This document shows positions 31,457 through 39,414 of a stretch of DNA of 64,000 bases, piece by piece. Under the pieces are notes generated by a model. That model was not told where the DNA came from. It saw only the letters and a program-made list of their open reading frames with translations, and ran no database searches. A program made the position numbers and the translations under genes. The stretch comes from Candidatus Saccharimonadota bacterium (GTDB lineage Bacteria; Patescibacteriota; Saccharimonadia; CAILAD01; BJGX01): assembly GCA_046350735.1 (NCBI GenBank), contig JAXLZU010000001.1, positions 307,950 through 371,949 of the forward strand. Reading direction: 5' to 3'. Position 1 is the stretch's first letter; each line of letters starts with the position of its first letter.

Positions 31457-32773
31457 ATGAAGAATAATAACAACACTCTTATTATCGAAGGTGGCAAAAA
31501 ACTTTCTGGCACTATAAAAGTACGCGGTGCTAAAAATGCTGTTACAAAGATTATGGTGGCAGCACTACTCAGCGAGCAGCCTAGTGTTATCTCTAATGTA
31601 CCCGATATAGAAGATGTTAGGGTGGTAAGCGAGATGATCCACGAAGTTAGTGGTAGAGTAGAGAATCTTAAAGACGGTGTAATAAAAATAACCCCTGCTT
31701 CATTGCATCAACCCAACACGTCAGCTCTCCATAAGATTGCCGGTACCAGCCGTATACCTATCTTGTTTGCCGGCCCTCTCTTGCACCGTCTGGGTGAGGC
31801 AAAACTGCCAACTCTGGGTGGATGCGAGATTGGCCCTCGACCAGTTGATTTTCATCTTACATCACTCCAAAGTATGGGAGCCGAGGTAGAAGAAGGAGAA
31901 AAAGCACTTGTTATTACTACTCAGAGCCTTAAAGGTGCCAAAATTGAATTAACCTATCCAAGTGTTGGCGCAACCGAGCAAGTATTGCTAAGTTCTGTAC
32001 TCGCCAAGGGGGTTACAGAGTTACGTAACGCTGCTGTAGAACCAGAAATTATCGACCTAATTTGTGTCTTGCAAAAGATGGGTGCAATTATAGAAGTTGG
32101 TACAAATAGGGTTATTACTGTGCAAGGAGTAGAGAAGCTACAAGGCTTTGAACATAGTGTGTTGACTGATCGAATAGAAGTAGCGAGTTGGGCTTGCGTA
32201 GCAGCCGCAACAGATGGCAAGATTTTTATTAAGGGTGCTCAGCAAGAACCAATGATGACGTTTTTGAATACCTTTCGGCGAGTGGGTGGAGAATTTGCAG
32301 TGAAAGGCGATGGTATAGAGTTTTGGCGTGGCCGAGACCTTACCAGTATTACTCTAGAGACCGATGTGCATCCGGGATTTATGACCGACTGGCAGCAGCC
32401 CTTTGTGGTGCTCTTAACCCAGGCAGATGGCAGTAGTACTATTCATGAGACAGTATACGAAGAGCGGTTTGGGTTTACCCAGGCTCTTAATAAAATGGGT
32501 GCACGTATTCAGCTCTACCAAGAATGTCTTGGTGGTACGCATTGTCGGTTTGAAAACAGTAATTATTTACATAGTGCTATTATTAACGGCCCATCAAAAT
32601 TACAGGGTGCTGAAATAGATGTACCAGATTTACGAGCCGGTTTTAGCTATGTAGTGGCAGCCCTTGTTGCACAGGGCAAAACAACAATTAACGGCATAAA
32701 GACAATAGAGCGTGGCTATGAAAAGTTTGAAGACAAATTACGTGCTATTGGTACGGTGATTATTTCAGAATAA
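31457..32773 (+). CDS. murA: UDP-N-acetylglucosamine 1-carboxyvinyltransferase
   Basis: GAKNA, GGCEIGPRPVDFH, SVGATE, PGFMTDWQ, DLRAG motifs. Confidence 0.96.
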   Translation: MKNNNNTLIIEGGKKLSGTIKVRGAKNAVTKIMVAALLSEQPSVISNVPDIEDVRVVSEMIHEVSGRVENLKDGVIKITPASLHQPNTSALHKIAGTSRIPILFAGPLLHRLGEAKLPTLGGCEIGPRPVDFHLTSLQSMGAEVEEGEKALVITTQSLKGAKIELTYPSVGATEQVLLSSVLAKGVTELRNAAVEPEIIDLICVLQKMGAIIEVGTNRVITVQGVEKLQGFEHSVLTDRIEVASWACVAAATDGKIFIKGAQQEPMMTFLNTFRRVGGEFAVKGDGIEFWRGRDLTSITLETDVHPGFMTDWQQPFVVLLTQADGSSTIHETVYEERFGFTQALNKMGARIQLYQECLGGTHCRFENSNYLHSAIINGPSKLQGAEIDVPDLRAGFSYVVAALVAQGKTTINGIKTIERGYEKFEDKLRAIGTVIISE

Positions 32774-32793
32774 TCTGGTATAATACTTTTTAC

Positions 32794-32880
32794 GCCGCGG
32801 TGGTGGAATTGGTAGACACGCCAGCCTTAGGAGCTGGTGAGGTAACACTCGTGGAGGTTCAAGTCCTCTCCGCGGTACCA
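32794..32880 (+). tRNA. tRNA-Leu (anticodon TAG)
   Basis: Acceptor GCCGCGG/CCGCGGT-ACCA; anticodon arm ccagc-ctTAGga-gctgg; long variable arm; GGTTCAAGTCC T-arm; TATAAT just upstream. Confidence 0.97.
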
Positions 32881-32896
32881 TCATTTGATATCTAGT

Positions 32897-33367
32897 ATGA
32901 AAAAAAATATTACTCAGGCAGAATACAATTTTTTACAAGATCGTTTGAGTAAATTAGATGCTACTGACGCACGCCTAAAACAAGATCTCAAGCATGCGTT
33001 AAATGTAGGAAGTGAGACTTGGCATGACAATGATATGTTTGATACTGCAAAGAATCAAAAGCTTCATGCCGATATAGAACGTGAAGAAATCAATCAAATA
33101 TTACGACAGAGTGAGGTAATAAAAAAAATTCACTCAAATCGTGTAGGTATAGGTACTCTAGTAGAAATACAAGATGAGGACGATAATGTATTAACATTGA
33201 AAATTGGCGGTGATGTAGCCCCTCGTCTAGGTAACAACTGGGTTAGTACAAATGCCCCTTTGCCAAAACTACTCCTCAATAAAAAAGCAGGAGAAATTGT
33301 AACTGGAAAAATTTCAGACGAGAATAGAAAGTATAAAATACTTTCTATATCAATTATCGAACAGTAA
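32897..33367 (+). CDS. GreA/GreB family transcription elongation factor-like protein
   Basis: N-terminal coiled coil with WHDNDMFD tip; C-terminal VGIGTLV...VSTNAPL...KKAGE domain. Confidence 0.75.
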   Translation: MKKNITQAEYNFLQDRLSKLDATDARLKQDLKHALNVGSETWHDNDMFDTAKNQKLHADIEREEINQILRQSEVIKKIHSNRVGIGTLVEIQDEDDNVLTLKIGGDVAPRLGNNWVSTNAPLPKLLLNKKAGEIVTGKISDENRKYKILSISIIEQ

Positions 33368-33410
33368 CACGTTATATATTTGGTAATTTTAAAATAAAAA
33401 AACCGAATCA

Positions 33411-33932
33411 TTATGATTCGGTAGTACTACCAATTAGGCCCATTTCTAGAGTTATCTCTGTTAGGGTTAAAGCACCATTTTCTTCAACTTCAATTTCTTC
33501 ATTACAATACATATACACTATCCAAAATCCTGCTATAACTGTAGGAGTAATATTTTCTGGAGAAAAAATTGCTTCATGTGTGACAGACGTAAAGAGATCC
33601 TCAATAGTGATTGGTGAATCTGATTGATAAATCATTCTCAGAATAAATTGGTGTTGCTCTTCTGTCAGCAACGTCCATATCCCAGGTTTATATACCTCGT
33701 ATATTTTACGCAGAGAATCTCGGGGCAATGCAAGATCCCAAACTTTCCTCAGATTTAGCGCATCTTGTGCGGTAAGCCTGGTAAGATTACAATGCTCGAT
33801 AGAACAACTGCGGGGTATTGAACCATCAAGCAAAGAAATACCGCTCGCATCATCCTCGTCTGATTCCGTACAGAGCACTGGATGATGATCACAATCTCTA
33901 TATATGTCACCCGGTAAGAGTTGTATTGTCAT
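33411..33932 (-). CDS. Hypothetical protein with Cys/His-rich N-terminal domain (accessory unit)
   Basis: PGDIYRDCDHHPVLC...GISLLDGS.PRSCS..HC; TTGACT-17-TAGAAT promoter; TAA forms the loop of accgaatca/tgattcggt. Confidence 0.7.
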   Translation of the reverse strand: MTIQLLPGDIYRDCDHHPVLCTESDEDDASGISLLDGSIPRSCSIEHCNLTRLTAQDALNLRKVWDLALPRDSLRKIYEVYKPGIWTLLTEEQHQFILRMIYQSDSPITIEDLFTSVTHEAIFSPENITPTVIAGFWIVYMYCNEEIEVEENGALTLTEITLEMGLIGSTTES

Positions 33933-34014
33933 GGGTACGCCCTTCGTTGGCGAGGAGTCGAAGTTATTCTACATATTTATTAATTATTAGTCAAGAAAAT
34001 AGTAGTTTTGACTA

Positions 34015-34043
34015 TTGACACACTACATTTGTTTTGCTACAAT
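34015..34043 (+). promoter_or_regulatory. Sigma-70-type promoter of the putative large ncRNA
   Basis: TTGACA-17 bp-TACAAT with TG at the extended -10 position. Confidence 0.85.
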
Positions 34044-34848
34044 CGTAATCACGTTTTTGAACCTTACATTTGCTGCTAAAGAGTAATCTTATGCAGCGAT
34101 AACCAGCTTTTTCTAGAGTATCTGCTTAGCGCGGGTGCACGGTTTGATTCGCCTCATAAAGAATCTGGTTATCGCTGCAGTTTGCAGCAACAGAAGTGTC
34201 ACCGCAGTGTTCTGCGCCTCGCGAGTAATCGCGCTCTGCCCACAGGGGATCGGTGGAGTTGTCGTGTGCCCCAGAACCACACGTTTGCAGCTCTGCCTTA
34301 ATGGTCGGGTATGGGTTAAACTACCAGGCTGCGGTGACACGCCAATCGCTAGCTCGTCATGGATGGCCACGACGTTGGCCGTGAGCTCTCCTGAGCTTGA
34401 AATACGAGCTGGCAGTGATGTGCGGGTTATCTCATGGGTGACCGAACCGAAGTGCGCGCAAGGGAAGACCGATAACCTTGTTCGCTCGGACGATCCTGTG
34501 AGTCGGCAGTAGGCTTCGGTCTCGCCCTCACATCACATGCTCGCGTTCCATCTTGCTTAGTGGGCAGGAATTACCCACCAGGGTGGAACGCACCAATCAG
34601 TGCCGGCTCGCGGAAGCGGGCGAGTACTAGCGGAATCGCCTGTAAAACGGGGGTCTTCGCGAGCCGGCACGTTTTTCCGCGCGCTAGTCTCGCCAGCTGA
34701 GCCATCTCCGGGTGGGGCCAATGCGAGCGGATGCGCCTGAGAGACCGAAGCTGTTGCCAACGGCTGAGGAGCAGTAATTGAGTGCCTACTCCAAAACCAC
34801 TCTTGCCCCGGTCTCTCGGGCGAAATCGAAACAGGTAACTGTTTTGAA

Positions 34849-34917
34849 GGGGACGAAGTTCTTGTGGAAGAACACCTGCCCATCGGCAGGAGGTGTGGTT
34901 CGACTCCACCGTCTCCA
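34849..34917 (+). other. Non-canonical tRNA-like cloverleaf inside the large RNA
   Basis: Acceptor GGGGACG/CGTCTCC-A; D stem GTTC/GAAC; cctgc/gcagg arm with 6-nt loop; GTGG-TTCGACT-CCAC T-arm with 4 bp stem. Confidence 0.7.
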
Positions 34918-35064
34918 CTGGTAGTACAATCTCGACGGCGGGCCCTTCCTGTCACCGGCGGAAAGATTGTGCTCCATCCCGGCTTCGGGTCGGGTTGCAC
35001 TAAGGTGTGATGTTCGCTACTAGCGCCTTACGTGTAACTCGGCTCGTCGCCGGACCACCCCCTT

Positions 35065-35095
35065 GCCTCAATACTAATGTATTGGGGCTTTTCTT
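35065..35095 (+). terminator. Intrinsic terminator ending the large RNA
   Basis: gcctcaatac-taat-gtattggggc followed by ttttctt. Confidence 0.8.
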
Positions 35096-35142
35096 ATGCA
35101 AACAGGTTGAGTTAAACAAGGTATTATGATATATTTATAAGT

Positions 35143-35211
35143 ATGAATACAGTTAAAACAGCTTGGTTTTATTTTACAAACTCTGTGTCTCGCCGAGGTG
35201 TTTTGCGTTAA
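35143..35211 (+). CDS. Putative 22-aa leader peptide MNTVKTAWFYFTNSVSRRGVLR
   Basis: ATG 7 nt after TTGAGT-17-TATATT; four tandem aromatic codons; followed by a terminator with an alternative pairing partner. Confidence 0.65.
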   Translation: MNTVKTAWFYFTNSVSRRGVLR

Positions 35212-35237
35212 AGTCTAAATAGTATGTAATTAATTGT

Positions 35238-35266
35238 AAGCCTCGGCTAAAGCCGAGGCTTTTTTT
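35238..35266 (+). terminator. Attenuator-type terminator
   Basis: aagcctcggct-aa-agccgaggctt plus T-run; the 5' arm cctcggc can instead pair with gccgagg at 35192-35198. Confidence 0.8.
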
Positions 35267-35335
35267 GTTGGTATTACTGTGATTCGCTACAACTTAGAGA
35301 ATCACATCTGTACCTTCAACGCAAAGGAGAAGTAG

Positions 35336-35662
35336 GTGAACAATGTGGTAGTTATGCGGCAATGTACTAACCCATTGGCATACGAATTTGCTGCTCAACT
35401 ACAATTGAGTAACTACCAAAATACAATGTTTTTTACCCAACGGAATATTGAATATTGCCAAAGAGAGCTTGGCAGAGTTGGTATTATGGCCGAACAGATT
35501 GTCCGCCAAGTACTAGCTTTTTACGAAATTCGTACGGTTTTTGTGAGTGATACGCGAATAATGGTGGTGCTAAAAACTGGCAAACAGTGGCAGACACTGC
35601 CTGACCAAATAATGCGTATTGTCGAAAAGGCGCTAGACGAGTACGGAGAACTCCATGAGTGA
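35336..35662 (+). CDS. Hypothetical protein resembling the Nfu/NifU N-terminal domain (accessory unit)
   Basis: TNPLAYEF...IRTVFVS...W..L...I pattern; GTACCT leader; SD AGGAG. Confidence 0.6.
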   Translation: MNNVVVMRQCTNPLAYEFAAQLQLSNYQNTMFFTQRNIEYCQRELGRVGIMAEQIVRQVLAFYEIRTVFVSDTRIMVVLKTGKQWQTLPDQIMRIVEKALDEYGELHE

Positions 35663-35879
35663 AATAAGCGACGAAAAATTCTTTAAAGCTCTCGACAAAG
35701 ATCTTTACGAAAAATTTCTTTCTCGTGGTGAAGAATACTTCGACGATGCCATGATGCGCTGGGCTTACTTACGAATTCAGGCAGCAAGAGAAGCTAAAAA
35801 ACGTGCCGAATTAGCCAGGCTAGAAAATACCAGAATACAATCTGAGAGTATAAAACTTCGCCGCCCGTACTTTTCTTAA
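35655..35879 (+). CDS. Small hypothetical protein
   Basis: SD GGAG; overlaps the upstream ORF; stop codon lies within hairpin cccgtactt/aagtacggg followed by TTTTTTATT. Confidence 0.6.
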   Translation: MSEISDEKFFKALDKDLYEKFLSRGEEYFDDAMMRWAYLRIQAAREAKKRAELARLENTRIQSESIKLRRPYFS

Positions 35880-35937
35880 GTACGGGTTTTTTATTACCCT
35901 AGAAATAGTTTCTGTTTTCTGATAGAATACAACGATT

Positions 35938-37215
35938 ATGATAAAAGTTACAACCAAAAAAGCCCCAAGCCAAGTTATATTAACTATTTCTATAGATGAG
36001 CAATTTATCGCTCCATACAAGCAAGCCGTGCTAAAGCGCCTTAAAAAAGACCTTAAAGTAGCTGGTTTTCGCCCAGGTATGGCACCAGATAATTTAGCCG
36101 AAAAAGAACTAGGCGAAGCTCGCGTGCAAGCTGACGTGTTAGATGAAGTTATTATGCATGCCTATTCTCGAGCAGTGCGCGATGAAAAACTCGAAACCAT
36201 AGCCAGCCCCAAAATTACCTTAAAGAAATTTGTACCATATACCGATTTAGAATTTGAGGCAGAAGCACCAATAATGCCCAAAATTAGTTTTGATCTCACA
36301 AAACTTAAGATTAAACCAATTGAAGCTAAGGTAGACAAAAAAGAAGTCGAAGAAACCCTGCAGGCAATGCAAAAACAAGCCGCTAAAAAGAGCGAAAAGA
36401 AAGGTGCCATTGCTAATGGCGATGAGGTAACATTCGATTTTAGCGGTGTCCGCGAAGGAAAACCAGTAGAAGGCGCTACAGCAACTAACCATGTGTTAGT
36501 AATTGGCAGTAAGCAATTTATTCCTGGTTTTGAAGACAACTTGGTTGGGCTAAAAAAGGGTGATAGTAAAAAATTTACGGTTACGTTTCCTAAAGAATAT
36601 CATGCCAAAGATCTGGCAGGTAAAGATGTAGAGTTTTCGGTAACCATACACAAGATAGAACAAATAGAGCTACCAAATATGGATGATGCATGGGCAAAAA
36701 CTATGGGGCCAGTAAAGAACCTCGCTGAGTTAAAAAAAGATATCGAGAAAACATTACTTACACAAAAACAAACAGAGAGCACTAAGGCCTATGAAAACCA
36801 AGTACTCGAGGCAGCGGTAACTCAGACCAAGTTTGAGGCACCGGCTAGTTTAGTAGAAGAACAAGCCAATCATCTGCGCTCTGAGACAGAAGAGAACCTA
36901 AAAAATTCTGGCTTAGACCTCGACAAATACTTAGAAATTCAAAAACGTAGTCGTGATGATTTTGAGAAAGAACTCAAAACAGAATCTGAAAAGCGTGTTA
37001 AGCTTGGGCTCTTACTTCGACAATTAATTGCAGATGAAAAAATCGTTGTTAGCGATGCCGAAATAGATGGTGAAATTCAAATAATGAAAGAACAATATAG
37101 CGACCCACAAATGCTTGAGCACATAGAGCACGATCATTTTCGTGATGACGTACGCAACCATCTCTTAACCACTAAAGCCGTAAATGTTTTGGTAGAAGCA
37201 GCCGCAAAAAAATAA
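35938..37215 (+). CDS. tig: Trigger factor
   Basis: VAGFRPGMAP ribosome-binding loop; FKBP domain FIPGFED; upstream of clpP. Confidence 0.95.
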   Translation: MIKVTTKKAPSQVILTISIDEQFIAPYKQAVLKRLKKDLKVAGFRPGMAPDNLAEKELGEARVQADVLDEVIMHAYSRAVRDEKLETIASPKITLKKFVPYTDLEFEAEAPIMPKISFDLTKLKIKPIEAKVDKKEVEETLQAMQKQAAKKSEKKGAIANGDEVTFDFSGVREGKPVEGATATNHVLVIGSKQFIPGFEDNLVGLKKGDSKKFTVTFPKEYHAKDLAGKDVEFSVTIHKIEQIELPNMDDAWAKTMGPVKNLAELKKDIEKTLLTQKQTESTKAYENQVLEAAVTQTKFEAPASLVEEQANHLRSETEENLKNSGLDLDKYLEIQKRSRDDFEKELKTESEKRVKLGLLLRQLIADEKIVVSDAEIDGEIQIMKEQYSDPQMLEHIEHDHFRDDVRNHLLTTKAVNVLVEAAAKK

Positions 37216-37263
37216 GCACCAAGCACTATAAGCCAATATTGTGAGTGTGATAAAATGAATGCT

Positions 37264-37881
37264 ATGAAAGAGCGTGGCGAATACAATAATTCTATTTTGG
37301 TCCCCACTGTTGTCGAGAAGACAGCCGGCGGTGAGCGGGCCTATGATATTTACTCGAGGCTCTTAAAAGAGCGCATAATCTTCTTAGGTAGTGAGGTAAA
37401 CGATCAGGTCGCCAATCTAGTGATTGCTCAGTTGTTATTCTTAGAATCTGAAGACAAAACTGCAGATATTAAGCTTTACATAAATAGTCCTGGTGGTAGT
37501 GTATACGCTGGCCTTGCCATGCTCGATACAATGAACCTAATCACTCCAGATGTTAGTACAATATGTGTTGGTATGGCGGCGAGTATGGGGGCGGTACTCC
37601 TTAGCTCTGGCGCTAAAGGCAAACGCTTTGCCTTGCCTAACTCTAAGATAATGATTCACCAAGGTTCGGCCGGATTTTCTGGTACACCTAGCGATATCGA
37701 AATAACTGCCAGAGAAGTACTAAAGAGTAGACAAAAGCTAGATGAGATATTGGCCGAGAATACTGGTAAGAGTATAGATCAAGTACATAAAGATACCGAC
37801 AGAGATTATTGGATGAGCGCTGCAGAAGCTAAAACATATGGGGTAATAGATAGCGTTGTTGCCAAGCGCGACAAAAAATAA
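37264..37881 (+). CDS. clpP: ATP-dependent Clp protease proteolytic subunit
   Basis: [32 protein letters not shown]; start placed 7 nt after TAAAAT (alternative ATG at 37255). Confidence 0.96.
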   Translation: MKERGEYNNSILVPTVVEKTAGGERAYDIYSRLLKERIIFLGSEVNDQVANLVIAQLLFLESEDKTADIKLYINSPGGSVYAGLAMLDTMNLITPDVSTICVGMAASMGAVLLSSGAKGKRFALPNSKIMIHQGSAGFSGTPSDIEITAREVLKSRQKLDEILAENTGKSIDQVHKDTDRDYWMSAAEAKTYGVIDSVVAKRDKK

Positions 37882-37895
37882 CGAGCAAATAAGCT

Positions 37896-39140
37896 ATGTA
37901 TGCTCAGCTACTAAAAAATCGTAATTTTTTAAAGATATGGTCGGCTCAACTCGTCAGTCAAATTGCTTCCAATCTTCTCAACTTTGCTCTTATTATTCGT
38001 ATTTTCGACCTTGCTTCAAAAACACAATTCGCTAATATCTCAGTAAGTCTGCTTATTCTAAGCTTTGGTATACCGTCTATTATTTTTGCAGTATTGGCGG
38101 GGGCATATGTAGACCATCTCGACCGACGTAAAGTACTTATTGTTACCAATATTGCCAGAGCAGTACTGGTGTTGCTTTTCTTGGTTTTCGAAAATAATAT
38201 CTTTGTGGTTTATGGGCTGGTCTTTTGTATTTCTACTCTCAGCCAATTCTTTACACCTGCAGAAGGTGCGGCACTACCAAAGTTAGTAAAACCCAATCAA
38301 TTCTTAGCAGCCAATAGCTTGTTCTTATTTACGTTGTATTCGAGCTTTGTTATTGGCTATAGTCTGGCCGGTCCGGTTATAGCTACATTTGGTGGCCCAG
38401 CAGTGTATTACTTGGTAGCCGTCTCGTTTGTTTTGGCTGCACTGCTTAGCTGGGGCTTGCCCAAGCTACGCCCAGCAGAGACTGGTATTAACTTTGCTGC
38501 CATTAACAAACAAGTATTCTCAACAATTCGGTCGAGTATGCACCAAATATTTACGTCGCATAACCTTATATTCCCAATTATCAATCTCACCATTGGTCAG
38601 ATGATGATAAATGTTATCGCTGTATTAGCACCGGGCTTGGCGCTTATGCTGTTTAATCAAAGTCTTGCAGTGGTAAGTGTTAAGCTTATTGTGCCTGCAG
38701 CTATCGGAATGATAGCCGGGGCTGTCGTGGTTGGACAGTTTTTAAAGAATACCAAAAAAACCCAAATAATTACCCTGGGAATTGCACTAGCTGCGGTAAT
38801 GCTTGTAAGTATTAGCGGCTTGTATCATCTGCGCGGTATGGCTTATTTTAGCTATCTAGTTGTTGGTTTTTCTGTAGGGCTCGGTTTTGCTAATGGTCTG
38901 GTAAGTGTTTCGGCTCAAACGTTACTTCAGCTTAATTCTACCGACGAACAGCGCGGTAAAATCTTTGGTACATTAAATATGATGATGAATATTGCTGCTT
39001 CTGTGCCGGTTCTCTTGGCTGGTATAACTGCCGATCTAGTCAGCCCAGTAACTGTACTGAGTGGAGCGGGGGTTTTAATAGCAATCTATGGTATTTATCA
39101 GTACAGAGTATTTTCTAATGTTCAGCTAAAAAACAGCTAA
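37896..39140 (+). CDS. MFS transporter
   Basis: About 12 TM helices; GAYVDHLDRRKVL motif A. Confidence 0.88.
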   Translation: MYAQLLKNRNFLKIWSAQLVSQIASNLLNFALIIRIFDLASKTQFANISVSLLILSFGIPSIIFAVLAGAYVDHLDRRKVLIVTNIARAVLVLLFLVFENNIFVVYGLVFCISTLSQFFTPAEGAALPKLVKPNQFLAANSLFLFTLYSSFVIGYSLAGPVIATFGGPAVYYLVAVSFVLAALLSWGLPKLRPAETGINFAAINKQVFSTIRSSMHQIFTSHNLIFPIINLTIGQMMINVIAVLAPGLALMLFNQSLAVVSVKLIVPAAIGMIAGAVVVGQFLKNTKKTQIITLGIALAAVMLVSISGLYHLRGMAYFSYLVVGFSVGLGFANGLVSVSAQTLLQLNSTDEQRGKIFGTLNMMMNIAASVPVLLAGITADLVSPVTVLSGAGVLIAIYGIYQYRVFSNVQLKNS

Positions 39141-39414
39141 AAAACACTTGACCCAATAGATATAACTAGGGTACAATATTGCTATTAAGAAGGACGCTTA
39201 AACGAAAACAACCGGTTTATTGTAACCTAAGAAATTGGGATACGCCGGTTTTTTGTCGGTTTAGAAACACCTCCTTTCATTTAAAACAAAAGGGCAATCA
39301 GATTAGTAAAAGTAGTTAGCAGCTATACGTCTTTGGCTCTTATCTACTTACCACTAGTCTTGGTGCTCACCAGCTTCATAAACGTCGTCTAATTTAGGAA
39401 GGTATTATAATAAT

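Larger units (their letters stand above)
34050..35095 (+). ncRNA. Putative large (~1.05 kb) highly structured non-coding RNA
   Basis: Bounded by a promoter and an intrinsic terminator; no convincing ORF; perfect long-range stems 34092-34106/34165-34179 (15 bp) and 34196-34207/34329-34340 (12 bp); further stems 34600-34612/34658-34670; GC-rich. Confidence 0.75.

Noticed and set aside
34113-35000. ORFs 34113-34370, 34135-34512, 34557-35000, 34571-34918 and 34786-34977 from the ORF track
   Set aside because: They overlap each other, lack SDs or recognisable domains, and have Pro/Arg/Ser-rich composition typical of chance ORFs in GC-rich structured RNA.
34050-35095. Identification as tmRNA, RNase P RNA or a group II intron
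   Set aside because: The G3-U70 acceptor halves are only 69 nt apart with no tag reading frame between them and are not in permuted order. I found no GAGGAAAGTCC RNase P motif, no clear domain V, and no interrupted host gene. A covariance-model search is still needed.
32860-35900. tRNA-Leu-integrated island bounded by an attL/attR duplication
   Set aside because: I found no repeat of the tRNA-Leu 3' end downstream and no integrase. The tRNA-like element at 34849 has a different sequence.
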